A stretch of 64,000 bases of DNA from an uncultured Chloroflexia bacterium (GTDB lineage: Bacteria > Chloroflexota > Limnocylindria > Limnocylindrales > CSP1-4), in the NCBI GenBank assembly GCA_963707215.1, contig CAVPPB010000001.1:320001-384000 (forward strand), given 5' to 3'. The notes beneath the pieces were generated by a model that had not been told where the DNA came from, made no database searches, and was given only the letters and a program-made list of their open reading frames with translations. Positions 26,958 through 36,119 of the stretch are shown here, one piece after another. The position numbers and the translations under genes were made by a program. How positions within the stretch are numbered: position 1 is the first letter of the stretch; every line of letters begins with the position of its first letter.

Positions 26958-28247
26958 TCAGGCCCGCGACGTCCAGCGGAACCGGACCGACGTGCCTCCA
27001 GCCGGTGACCGCCCGACCTCCGATCGGGCTCCTGCCTCCACAGCGAGCCGCCGGATCTCGGCCAGGCCCTGGCGACCGGCGGCGAGTGCCCGGGCTTCGG
27101 CGCCATGGTCGATGCCGGCCCCGTCGTCGACGACCTCGAGATCCGCCACGGCCGCGCCGGTCGTCACCCGGATCTCGATGCGGGCGGGCGCCGCATGGCG
27201 GACGGCATTGTCGACCGCCAGGGCGGCGGACCGGAAGGCGGCCGCCTCGATCGGCGCCGGCGGCCGCCCTCCGTCGGTGCCGTCCAGGACGATGAGGTCG
27301 ACGGCTACCCTCGTGCGCGCCTCGACCCGTTCCGCGAGGCCTTCGAGGGCCGACACTAGCCCGAGCGACTCCAGGATCGGATCTCGGCGCTCGATGACGA
27401 CCCCTTCGAGATCGGCGGCGATGGCTCGAAGCTCGGCCGCGATCCCGTCGACGGGTCGGCCTCCCTCGAGATCCCGGAGGGCGTCGCGCAAGGCTGGGAT
27501 CGTCTGGGCATGCAACTCGCCTGCCAGCCGGCGACGTTCGAGCTCGGCCGCGACACGACGGGCATCAGCCCGACCCATCAGCTCGTCGATGAAGGCGATC
27601 GACCAGGCCGCCGGCCCGGTCCGCGCGTCCGGCTCGGCCTGGCGGGCCATCGTCCGCTGTGCCGCCGGCAGGACATCGCCGGCGATGCCGAGCAGCGCCA
27701 GGCCCACGACGACGCTCCCCCAGGCTCGGATCGGCAGGAAGAGGACGACACTGAGGGGGATCCTGCGGTCCTCGTCGAAGCCCGCCATGGTGAAGAGGAC
27801 CGTGGCCGCGGAGGCCGCTGCGAGCCAGCCGACCAGTCCCCACGCGGCCACCCGGACGACCGGTCGGACGAGACGGTCTGATCGCGTTGCGTACAGGGCC
27901 GCGACGACGGTCGCCGCCAGCGCGGTGACCGCGGCGATCGAGGCAGCCGCCAGCCATGCCTCGTCGATCGAGTGATCGCGGAGGGCCGCCTGGAGCGCCG
28001 CCGGTGCGCGCGTCGCGAAGACCGCCGCGAAGGTCACCGAGAACCAGGCGAGGGCCGGGCTCCGGCGCAGCGTGAGCCCGGCGAGGCAGAGGAGGCCGAC
28101 GGCCAGCAGGATGCCGGTCGAACTCGGGATCGCTTCCTGCTCGGTCGCCCAGTTCGACAGGAGCCAGGTCACGACGGCCACGAGCACGCCGCCGGACGCC
28201 AGGACGACAGCCGCGGCGAGGTCACGTGCCAACGGACGCTCGCTCAC
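26958..28247 (-). CDS. Membrane sensor histidine kinase (HisKA_3/NarX-type)
   Basis: Multi-TM N-terminus; ERRRLAGELH, DNAVRHA, VVDDGAG, GRQGLAEI, GGTSV. Confidence 0.88.
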   Translation of the reverse strand: MSERPLARDLAAAVVLASGGVLVAVVTWLLSNWATEQEAIPSSTGILLAVGLLCLAGLTLRRSPALAWFSVTFAAVFATRAPAALQAALRDHSIDEAWLAAASIAAVTALAATVVAALYATRSDRLVRPVVRVAAWGLVGWLAAASAATVLFTMAGFDEDRRIPLSVVLFLPIRAWGSVVVGLALLGIAGDVLPAAQRTMARQAEPDARTGPAAWSIAFIDELMGRADARRVAAELERRRLAGELHAQTIPALRDALRDLEGGRPVDGIAAELRAIAADLEGVVIERRDPILESLGLVSALEGLAERVEARTRVAVDLIVLDGTDGGRPPAPIEAAAFRSAALAVDNAVRHAAPARIEIRVTTGAAVADLEVVDDGAGIDHGAEARALAAGRQGLAEIRRLAVEAGARSEVGRSPAGGTSVRFRWTSRA

Positions 28248-28873
28248 GACACGTCGGCGGGCCCGGTGTCCCGCAGCCAGCCCTCGCGCAGGGCGAGCAC
28301 CGTGAGCTCGGTCCGGCTCAGGACGCCGTAGCGATCGAACATCCGGCGAAGGTGGCTCTCGACCGTCTTCTCGCTGATCCGGAGGCGGCCGCCGATCTCC
28401 CCGTTGGTGGCCCCGGCCATGACGGCCGTCAGCACCTCGACCTCACGCTCCGTTGGCGGCCGGGGCGCCGAACGCATCGCCCGAAGCACCGTCGCCGGGT
28501 AGGCCGACCGACCGGCGGCGACGTCACGCACGGCCCCGATGATCGTGTCCAGGTCCGCCGACTTGGACAGGTAGCCGGCCGCCCCGCGTTCGAACGACGC
28601 TCGTATGAGCGACGGCGCCTCGAACGCGGAGAGGATGACGACCGCGGGCCGGGACGCACCGCCCAGCGCAGCCAGAAGGTCAAGACCCCCACCGTCGCCA
28701 GCCAGCTGGAGATCACAGACGACGACGTCCGGATCGGTGGTCGCGATGACCTCGCGAGCACGCTCGACCGAGGCGGCCGACCCGACGACCTCGAGATCGT
28801 TCTCGTCGTCGGCCCGCGACATGAGCGCATCGACGATGGCCGGGTGGTCGTCGACGACGATCAGGCGGATCAT
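28244..28873 (-). CDS. NarL/LuxR-family response regulator
   Basis: VVDDHP, CDLQL, GAAGYLSK; HTH TEREVEVL...TNGEIG...ISEKTVESHL. Confidence 0.95.
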   Translation of the reverse strand: MIRLIVVDDHPAIVDALMSRADDENDLEVVGSAASVERAREVIATTDPDVVVCDLQLAGDGGGLDLLAALGGASRPAVVILSAFEAPSLIRASFERGAAGYLSKSADLDTIIGAVRDVAAGRSAYPATVLRAMRSAPRPPTEREVEVLTAVMAGATNGEIGGRLRISEKTVESHLRRMFDRYGVLSRTELTVLALREGWLRDTGPADVS

Positions 28874-28909
28874 GCCGGCACTCTACGGGACGCGACCCGG
28901 CCCCGGCGT

Positions 28910-28925
28910 TGCGGGTGTTCCCGCA
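28910..28925. promoter_or_regulatory. Palindrome TGCGGG-N4-CCCGCA in the divergent region between the regulator and the small membrane peptide gene
   Basis: TGCGGGTGTTCCCGCA, 24 nt upstream of the regulator's TAGAGT -10 hexamer. Confidence 0.65.
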
Positions 28926-29053
28926 GCGGGGCGCCGCCACCGGCTACGTCGTTCGTCCTGGCTCGACCGCGTCGCAGGCACGAGGCGTCGGGCGGCCGGG
29001 CCGACGAAGATCCAGGGTGGCAGCATCCCGGCTGCCCGCCCAAGGAGCCCATC

Positions 29054-29212
29054 GTGCAGACCTCCGTCCCAGTCGCCACGCTCACGGCCATCGGAGTCCT
29101 CCTCGTGGTTCTCGGGCTCTTCGCCGCGGGCAGCCTGGAGCTGATCGTCCTGGGGGTGGTCGCCGTCGCATTCGCCGGGGTCCTCCAGACCATCGAGAAC
29201 AGGCGTACCTGA
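29054..29212 (+). CDS. 52-aa two-helix membrane peptide
   Basis: AAGGAG RBS, GTG start; MQTSVPVATLTAIGVLLVVLGLFAAGSLELIVLGVVAVAFAGVLQTIENRRT. Appears only as the tail of a longer ORF in the track. Confidence 0.7.
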   Translation: MQTSVPVATLTAIGVLLVVLGLFAAGSLELIVLGVVAVAFAGVLQTIENRRT

Positions 29213-29264
29213 AGTCCTGCCGGCGCAGCGAGCTCGAGCCGAGCCCGAACGCTACCCTGCCCGA

Positions 29265-30056
29265 GTGAGCGCTCCGAACCTCGACGACCTGCCGGAGCAC
29301 GTCCGGCTCAACCGCGCGTCCTGGGATCTGGCCGCAGCCGACTACGTCGCGGCCGGCGAGCGGGCCTGGGCCCAGGACGAGCCGACCTGGGGCATCTTCG
29401 GCGTGCCCGAGGCCGACGTCCGGCTCTTCCGCGACGACCTCGCCGGCAAGGACGTCATCGAGCTGGGCTGTGGGACCGCCTACGTCTCGGCCTGGATGGC
29501 CCGCCGAGGCGCCCGTCCGGTCGGCATCGACAACTCGCCCAAGCAGCTCGAGACAGCCCGGCGGCTCCAACACGAGCACCGCCTCGATTTCCCGCTCCTG
29601 CTCGGCAACGCGGAGACGGTCCCCTACCCCGACGCCTCGTTCGACATCGCCGTCTCCGAATACGGGGCCGCCCTGTGGGCCGACCCGTACGCCTGGATCC
29701 CGGAGGCCGCCCGCCTGCTTCGGCCGGGAGGCCTGCTCGCATTCCTCACCAACCATCTCCTCGCCTACCTCTGCGTGCCCGACGTCGAGGCGGACGGCCC
29801 GGCCGACGAGCGGCTGAAGCGGTCGATGTTCGGGATGCACCGGATCACCTGGCCGGACGACGAGACCGGCGGAGTCGAGTTCCACCTTGCCCACGGCGAC
29901 TGGATCCGGCTGCTCCGGGACAGCGGCTTCGAGGTCGAGGACCTCGTCGAGCTGCGGCCGCCGGAGGGCTCGACGACGACCTACGAGTGGATGAGCCTCG
30001 AGTGGGCGCGCCGGTGGCCCCCCGAGGAGGTCTGGATCGCCCGCAAAGGCGGCTGA
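29265..30056 (+). CDS. Class I SAM-dependent methyltransferase
   Basis: VIELGCGTA, GIDNS, GNAETVP, SFDIAVS, RLLRPGG. Confidence 0.92.
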   Translation: MSAPNLDDLPEHVRLNRASWDLAAADYVAAGERAWAQDEPTWGIFGVPEADVRLFRDDLAGKDVIELGCGTAYVSAWMARRGARPVGIDNSPKQLETARRLQHEHRLDFPLLLGNAETVPYPDASFDIAVSEYGAALWADPYAWIPEAARLLRPGGLLAFLTNHLLAYLCVPDVEADGPADERLKRSMFGMHRITWPDDETGGVEFHLAHGDWIRLLRDSGFEVEDLVELRPPEGSTTTYEWMSLEWARRWPPEEVWIARKGG

Positions 30057-30067
30057 CCCGGCCCGGG

Positions 30068-32329
30068 TTACAAGAGCGCGTCGGGTCGCAGCAGCCTGAG
30101 GGTGTCCGAGCGGTCGTCGGTCAGCGGACGCTCGTCGGGCACGACCGGCTCCCAGCCACGGTCCCGGAACCAGGCGACGTCCGCGGCGTCGCGAACAGCC
30201 ACGACCCACTCCGAGGCGATCGCCCCGGCCACCGCCTCGGCGTCGCTCGGGCTGTAGCGGCGGTAGAGCGTCGTGAGCCCGGCCGGCTCCAGGCTCGCGG
30301 CGATGACCGGCGCCAGGTCGTAGGTCCGGCTGGAGACCTGGGCCGCGAGCAGCCCGTCGTCGGCGAGCACCCGGACGTCGTCGGCGAGGGCCTCGACGGT
30401 GAGGAGGTGGGCCGGGATCACGTCGGACGCGAAGGCGTCGAGGATCAGCAGGTCGACGCTGGCATCGGCCGTCCGCTCGATGGCCAGGCGGCCATCGTCG
30501 AGCTCGACCGATACCGGCACCGCCGCGGTCGAGAGATAGCCGAAGAGCGCCGGGTCGCGGGCGATCTCGGCGACCAGGGGGTCGACCTCCACGAACCGGT
30601 ACGTGTCGCCGGGCTCGGCGTAGGCGGCGATGGTCCCGGCACCGAGGCCGACGATCGTGACCCGGCGGCCGGCAGTCTCCTGCCCGACCGAGCGCGCCAT
30701 GACGTCCCCCAGCGGGCCGCTCCGAACGAAGTAGGCCGTCGGCTCGCGCGCCTGCGCCGGATCGGTCGACTGCACGCCGTGCACGGTCGTCCCGTGGTAG
30801 AGGACCGTCTGCTCCGGTCGGCCGTCGTCCGGCAGGACCCGGACGACCTCGCTGACCGCGAAGAAGCTCCGGTCGCGCAGGAGGGCCGGCTCCGGGGCGA
30901 GCAGGGGGATCGCCACGACCAGGGCCGCCACGACCGTCGCCACCCTGAGGTCGCCGGCGACCGCCACGACCAGCGCCCCGACCAGGAACCAGGTGCTCGC
31001 CTCCGCCAGCGCCACGGACCGACCCAGGGTCAGGGCGACAGCCAGCAGCCCCGCGATCGCCAGGTAGGCCGTCATCCGCCGGGTCATCCCGCTGAGGGCC
31101 CGGCGCGGATCCGGGACCCCGGCCGGGCCCGCCTCGGTCGCCGTCACGGCGCCGATCGCCAGGACCAGGAGGATGGGGTACTCCCAGATGTCGGGGAAGA
31201 CCGCCGGGGCGAGCAGCCCGACGAAGGCACCACCGGTGACCCCTCCGAGCGCGAGGAGGAGCTCGAACTCGGTCAGTCGGTCGGGCGGAGGCCGGTCACC
31301 GGCCAGGCGACCGTGAAGGGCAATGGCGATGAGGGCGAACCCTCCCCACTCCACCGCGAGCAGGGGCAGGACCGGCCAGTCGACGGGAGCCGCCCAGGGC
31401 ACCAGGAGGACGGCCGCCGCGACCGGGACGGCCCAGGCCGGCCCGCCGAGCCGGCGCCCGAGGCGTCCCGAGAAGGCGGCGACGAGCGTCAGCAGGTAGA
31501 TGCCGAGTGGGCCGACCCAGAGGAGCGGCGCGGCCATGAGATCCGTGGCGATGAAGTTGGTGACCGCGGCCAGGAGCCCGGCCGGGACCGCCGCCAGGAG
31601 GATCCAGCGCAGCCGGCGCGCCGGCGGTGGCGCGACGCTGGCGGGCCCCGGGACCGCCGGACGGTGGGCTCGGAGGGCGCCCCGCGAGCGCCACGACGGG
31701 ATCGCGCAGACGACCAGGATGGCGGCGAGGAGCACGAACCCGACCGTCCAGAGCGCCCGCTGGTCGGCCAGGCCGACGAACGGGTCGACGATGAACGGGT
31801 ACGCCAGAAGCCCGGCGAACGAGCCGAGGTTGCTGAGCGCGTACAGGCGGTAGGGGTCGCCCGTCGTCGGGCCCTCGTGGCCCTGCGTCGTGCCCGGATC
31901 GGCCGTCGCCCGACCCCGGTCGCCCATCCCCACCAGCCAGCCGGACAGCAGCGGGGTCGTGCTGCCGAGGATGACGGCGGGCAGCCCGATCGTGATCGCC
32001 AGCAGCCGCAGCAGGTCGAGCGCCGCCGGCAGCCCCGGCTCCCGCGCCTCGACCAGGCGGTCCGGCGCCGCCAGGAGGGCGACGAGCCCGATCGCCACCA
32101 GCCCGAGGTGGACCGGCGGTCCCAGCCGCCCCAGGCGGCGGACGGACAGGTGGGCGTAGGCGTAGCCGAGCAGGAGCGCACCCTGGAACGTCGCCAGGAT
32201 CACCGCCCACGTCCCGGGCGCGCCCCCGAACGCCGGCAGGGCGAGCCGGCCGACGAGCGGCTGGACCGAGAACAGCAGGAAGGCCGAGAGGCCGATGGCC
32301 GTGGCGAAGGTGAGAGCGAGCGTCCGCAC
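30068..32329 (-). CDS. Fused membrane domain / spermidine-synthase-like SAM-binding protein
   Basis: LSAFLLFSVQP, DPYRLYALSNLGS, RDRSFF, HGTTVHG, VGLGAGT, VEVDP, DGR, LDAF, LTDD. Confidence 0.88.
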   Translation of the reverse strand: MRTLALTFATAIGLSAFLLFSVQPLVGRLALPAFGGAPGTWAVILATFQGALLLGYAYAHLSVRRLGRLGPPVHLGLVAIGLVALLAAPDRLVEAREPGLPAALDLLRLLAITIGLPAVILGSTTPLLSGWLVGMGDRGRATADPGTTQGHEGPTTGDPYRLYALSNLGSFAGLLAYPFIVDPFVGLADQRALWTVGFVLLAAILVVCAIPSWRSRGALRAHRPAVPGPASVAPPPARRLRWILLAAVPAGLLAAVTNFIATDLMAAPLLWVGPLGIYLLTLVAAFSGRLGRRLGGPAWAVPVAAAVLLVPWAAPVDWPVLPLLAVEWGGFALIAIALHGRLAGDRPPPDRLTEFELLLALGGVTGGAFVGLLAPAVFPDIWEYPILLVLAIGAVTATEAGPAGVPDPRRALSGMTRRMTAYLAIAGLLAVALTLGRSVALAEASTWFLVGALVVAVAGDLRVATVVAALVVAIPLLAPEPALLRDRSFFAVSEVVRVLPDDGRPEQTVLYHGTTVHGVQSTDPAQAREPTAYFVRSGPLGDVMARSVGQETAGRRVTIVGLGAGTIAAYAEPGDTYRFVEVDPLVAEIARDPALFGYLSTAAVPVSVELDDGRLAIERTADASVDLLILDAFASDVIPAHLLTVEALADDVRVLADDGLLAAQVSSRTYDLAPVIAASLEPAGLTTLYRRYSPSDAEAVAGAIASEWVVAVRDAADVAWFRDRGWEPVVPDERPLTDDRSDTLRLLRPDALL

Positions 32330-32530
32330 GGGGACATTGTCCGCGCTCCGAACACTGCCGGCAGGCCGCTCGACCGGGGGCCCGCAGCCGGTGGCTGGGC
32401 CTGCCGAACGGCAGGCGGCGGTCCCGATGCGAGGGCCGGGCGGTCCCCGCCGACCGTGACCTTCGGACGGTGGCGTCCGGGGTCCCGACGCCGCACGCTG
32501 CGGACGTCAATCCAGCGCGAGGTCGTCCCC

Positions 32531-32998
32531 GTGTCCCTTGCCGCCCGGATCCGTTCGATCCACCCGGCCATCATCCTGATGGCGCTCGACGCCTTCGGCT
32601 TCGTCGTGGCGTCGTACCTGTCCGTCGTCGAGCTGCAGGGCCAGCTGCCCTACTGCGGCCCACTGTCCGGCTGCGAGACGGTCGCGCTCTCGGAGTACGC
32701 CCGCATCGGCGGGCCTGAGGGGCTGCCGGTCGCGGTCCTGGGCGTCTTCCTGTCGGCCGCCCTGTTCACCTTTGCCTTCGCCTGGTGGCGGACAAACGCG
32801 ACCTGGGCCCTGGCGGCCCACTACTTCCTGTCGCTGGTGGGGATGCTCTTCGAGGTCTACTTCACGGTCGTCGAGATCTTCATCATCCACGCCGTGTGCA
32901 TCTGGTGCGCCCTGTACGGGATCAGCCTGGTCCTGCGCTTCATCATCTCGGCGATCGTCTGGTTCCGACGCCCGAAGCGCGTCCCCGAGACCGCCTGA
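32531..32998 (+). CDS. Vitamin K epoxide reductase (VKOR) family disulfide-formation protein
   Basis: Loop Cys pair CGPLSGCETVALSEYA and TM CIWC motif; 4 TM; GAGG RBS. Confidence 0.9.
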   Translation: MSLAARIRSIHPAIILMALDAFGFVVASYLSVVELQGQLPYCGPLSGCETVALSEYARIGGPEGLPVAVLGVFLSAALFTFAFAWWRTNATWALAAHYFLSLVGMLFEVYFTVVEIFIIHAVCIWCALYGISLVLRFIISAIVWFRRPKRVPETA

Positions 32999-33033
32999 CC
33001 GGCCGGGCCGAGGGTCGAGCGAGTGGCCCCCCG

Positions 33034-35289
33034 TCAGCCGAGGGATCGGCGGAAGGCCCGCCAGACGTAGTTCAGGACGAAGTACAGGCCGGCGAAGCTG
33101 CCGACCACGAAGACCAGGCCGGCCAGCGTCTTGAGGCTCACGTCGAGGACGACGACGTCCTCCGGGAGCTGGGTCACCACGGCCGAGCCGACGAGCAGGC
33201 CGGCCAGGATCAGGGCGATGAAGAGCCGCTCCATGATGGAGCCGACGTCGGCCCGGACTGCCTCCAGGTCCTTCGACAGGTCGCTCGTATCGATGTGGAC
33301 GCTAAGGCGACCGGACTGGTACTGGTCGATCCACTTGAGGGTGGCGTCCGACAGGCTGGGCGCCCGCCGGACGAGCTCCCGCGCCGTCCTCGTCGCCTGC
33401 CGCTGGACCGTCTTCGAGAGGTTATCGACGGTGAGCTGGTCCCGGATCAGGGTCACCGCCTCCGCCTTGGCCACGTCGAGGAGCGGGATCCGCGGCGACA
33501 GGGTGGCGATGGCCTCCTCGATCTGGAAGAGGGCCTTGAGGGCGATCGTCAGCTGCTCGTTCAGGCGGAGCCCGCGGTCGTACATCGCCGAGAGGATCGC
33601 GCCGATGACCGACTGCATCGAGGCGCTCGTCCCGTAGACGATGTAGCGCTGGACGATCCGGTCGACCTCCTCCTTGAAGGCCTTCACGTCCACCGGACGG
33701 GACGAGACGCTGACCGACAGGAGCACGGTGGCGATGGCGTCCGCATCGGGCTCGTCGATGGCCGAGACGAGATCGGCCAGGGCCATCCGGAGCTGCTGGT
33801 CGAGCTCCCCGACCATGCCCAGGTCGAGCAGGACGATCCGACCGGTCGCCGGCTCGAACCAGATGTTCCCGGGGTGCGGGTCGCCGTGGAAGAAGCCGTC
33901 GAACATGACCTGCTTGACCATGGCCCGGGTCAGGTCTTCGGCCAGGACGTCCCGGTCGGCTCCGGCAGCGTCGATCGCGGCGGCGTCGCTCAGCTTGACG
34001 CCGCGGATGAACTCCATCGTGAGGATCCGGCGGCTCGAGCGGTCCGCGGTCACGGTCGGGATATGGACCGCCGGGTAGCGCTCCATGCTCGCCGTGACCC
34101 GGCGCATGTTGTACGACTCGTTCGTGTAGTCGAGCTCGCGGACGACGTTCTGGCCGAACTCGTTGATGAACGACGAGAGGCCCAGGCGGGCGACCGCCGG
34201 GCTGCGCCGCTCCAGCGAGCGGACGACCTGGCGCATGATGCTCAGGTCGGCTCGCACCGTGACGTCGATGTCGGGCCGTTGGACCTTGACCACGACGTCG
34301 GTGCCGTCGTGCAGGGTGGCCCGGTGGACCTGGGCCGTCGAGGCGGCCGCAAGGGGCTCGTGCTCGAACATCAGGTAGAGCTCGTCGGGGCGGGCGCCGA
34401 GCTCGGCCACGATGGTGCTCTCGACCTCCTCCCACGGGAACGGCGCGACCGTGCTCTGGAGCTTCTCCAGCTCGGACGCCCACTCCGGCGGCAGTGCCTC
34501 CGCTCGTGACGACAGCATCTGGCCGATCTTGACGTAGGTCGGACCGAGGTCCTGGAGCAGGTAGCGGAACGTCCGCGGCAGGTCCTCGGTCGTGAGGATG
34601 GCGCGATCCGGGTACAGCCAGGCCTGCATCCGCCGCCGGATCGGAGCGAACGGCGTGCGGTCGATGGTCACCTGGGTCGCGTAGCGGCCGAGGATGCTGA
34701 GGGTCTGGATGAGGCGCAGGTTGTCGACGACGGTGTTCCGGCCGCCGACCGACAACCGGCCCAGGATCTGCCAGTACCAGCGCGACGACTGGGCGTCTTC
34801 CACGAACAGGGCCCCGAAGCCGAAGATGCCGTCGATCAAGTAGAGCAACCCGGAGAGGAGCACCGTGGTCGCGAGGATCCAGAGGAGGGCCGGGTCCCAG
34901 GTGATCGACCAGTAACCGGGCGTCAGCCAACCCGTGAGCACCAGGATGATGGCGTCGATGAGGATGCCGACCAGACCGAACGACCAGAAGATGAGGCGGG
35001 CCAGGAGGAACATCAGGATCGGACGGACCAGCGTCCGGAGCACGAGCAGGAGGAGCGCCGCGACGATGACGTCGCCGATCGGCCCCAACAGCTCGTCCTG
35101 GCCCGCGGTGATGGTCAGCCACGGACTCAGCACCAGGGCGATGGCGAGCGCGACGAGCGTCAGGAGGAAGCGGAACAGGTACAGCGCCAGCATCCGCCAC
35201 CGGGATGGCCGCTCGGCTTCGGCTGCAGGTTCGAGGCTGGCGACGATGACCGAGGGATCCTGTTCGGTCACGGGCGTTTCGGATGCCAT
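33034..35289 (-). CDS. UbiB/AarF/ABC1 atypical kinase with an N-terminal YvlD/holin-like membrane domain
   Basis: LGPTYVKIGQ (KxGQ), AAASTAQVH, VVKVQRP, HGDPHPGN, DLG, and 2 C-terminal TM. N-terminal 4 TM with RTLVRPIL and SFGLVGILIDA. Confidence 0.9.
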   Translation of the reverse strand: MASETPVTEQDPSVIVASLEPAAEAERPSRWRMLALYLFRFLLTLVALAIALVLSPWLTITAGQDELLGPIGDVIVAALLLLVLRTLVRPILMFLLARLIFWSFGLVGILIDAIILVLTGWLTPGYWSITWDPALLWILATTVLLSGLLYLIDGIFGFGALFVEDAQSSRWYWQILGRLSVGGRNTVVDNLRLIQTLSILGRYATQVTIDRTPFAPIRRRMQAWLYPDRAILTTEDLPRTFRYLLQDLGPTYVKIGQMLSSRAEALPPEWASELEKLQSTVAPFPWEEVESTIVAELGARPDELYLMFEHEPLAAASTAQVHRATLHDGTDVVVKVQRPDIDVTVRADLSIMRQVVRSLERRSPAVARLGLSSFINEFGQNVVRELDYTNESYNMRRVTASMERYPAVHIPTVTADRSSRRILTMEFIRGVKLSDAAAIDAAGADRDVLAEDLTRAMVKQVMFDGFFHGDPHPGNIWFEPATGRIVLLDLGMVGELDQQLRMALADLVSAIDEPDADAIATVLLSVSVSSRPVDVKAFKEEVDRIVQRYIVYGTSASMQSVIGAILSAMYDRGLRLNEQLTIALKALFQIEEAIATLSPRIPLLDVAKAEAVTLIRDQLTVDNLSKTVQRQATRTARELVRRAPSLSDATLKWIDQYQSGRLSVHIDTSDLSKDLEAVRADVGSIMERLFIALILAGLLVGSAVVTQLPEDVVVLDVSLKTLAGLVFVVGSFAGLYFVLNYVWRAFRRSLG

Positions 35290-35352
35290 GGGTCGATTAT
35301 GGCGGGGTACCGAGCCGGGCGCCGGCCGGATGGGCGTCCGGGCGAACGGTGC

Positions 35353-36066
35353 TCAGGCGGCCCGCGGGAGGCCGCCGGGCCCTGCCGCGGACCCGGCCGG
35401 CGGAGCCATCTCCCCCGCGCCGGACTCGACGCCCGGGTACTCGGGGGTCCGGAGCAGGCCGAACGCGTCGAGCGGCCAGTACCGGAGGAAGGCCCGACCG
35501 ATGACCGAGGACTCGGGCACCGGACCGAAGGTGCGCGAATCGGCCGACGCCTCTCGGTGGTCGCCCATCACGAAGACCTCCCCGGGTGGCACCTGCCAGC
35601 GCGACTGGCCGCTCGTCGGGTCGGTCGGCTGGGCGTTGCCGTCCAGCTCCTGGAAGACGTATGGCTCGGCGAGCTGGGTCCCGTTGACCCAGACGCTCCC
35701 GTCGCGCAGCTCCACCGTATCGCCGGGCTCGCCGATCACCCGCTTGATGAACGGGGTCCGGTCGCCGTCGGGCGACCAGCCCTCGGGGGGCTCGAAGACG
35801 ACGATGTCGCCCCGCGAGTAGCTGTCCCAGCGCGGCGTCAGCTTGTCGACGAGGACGTACTCGCCCGGCTCGAGGGTCCGCTGCATCGACTGCTGGCGGA
35901 CCTGGTACGGCTGGGCGATGAAGGTCTGGATGACGAAGAAGATCACGACCGTCAGGACGACGGTCTCGAGGATCTCGAACAGGCAGCCCAGCGTCCGTCT
36001 CCCGGGAGACGGCGTCGTCGTGGCGGGCGGCGCCGGCGGCTCCACCGGGGGGTACGAGGGGGTCAC
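35353..36066 (-). CDS. lepB: Signal peptidase I
   Basis: QQSMQRTL (Ser), RGDIVVF, FIKRVIG (Lys), GDHREASADSR; TATACT-N8-GTG start. Confidence 0.93.
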   Translation of the reverse strand: MTPSYPPVEPPAPPATTTPSPGRRTLGCLFEILETVVLTVVIFFVIQTFIAQPYQVRQQSMQRTLEPGEYVLVDKLTPRWDSYSRGDIVVFEPPEGWSPDGDRTPFIKRVIGEPGDTVELRDGSVWVNGTQLAEPYVFQELDGNAQPTDPTSGQSRWQVPPGEVFVMGDHREASADSRTFGPVPESSVIGRAFLRYWPLDAFGLLRTPEYPGVESGAGEMAPPAGSAAGPGGLPRAA

Positions 36067-36119
36067 GGGTGGGGAGTATAGGGCTGCACGACGGTCCACG
36101 GATGGGGCACCATCGTCCC

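Noticed and set aside
29675-32998. 1107-aa plus-strand ORF
   Set aside because: Antisense shadow of the spermidine-synthase-like gene in high-GC DNA; only its last 155 aa (VKOR) are real.
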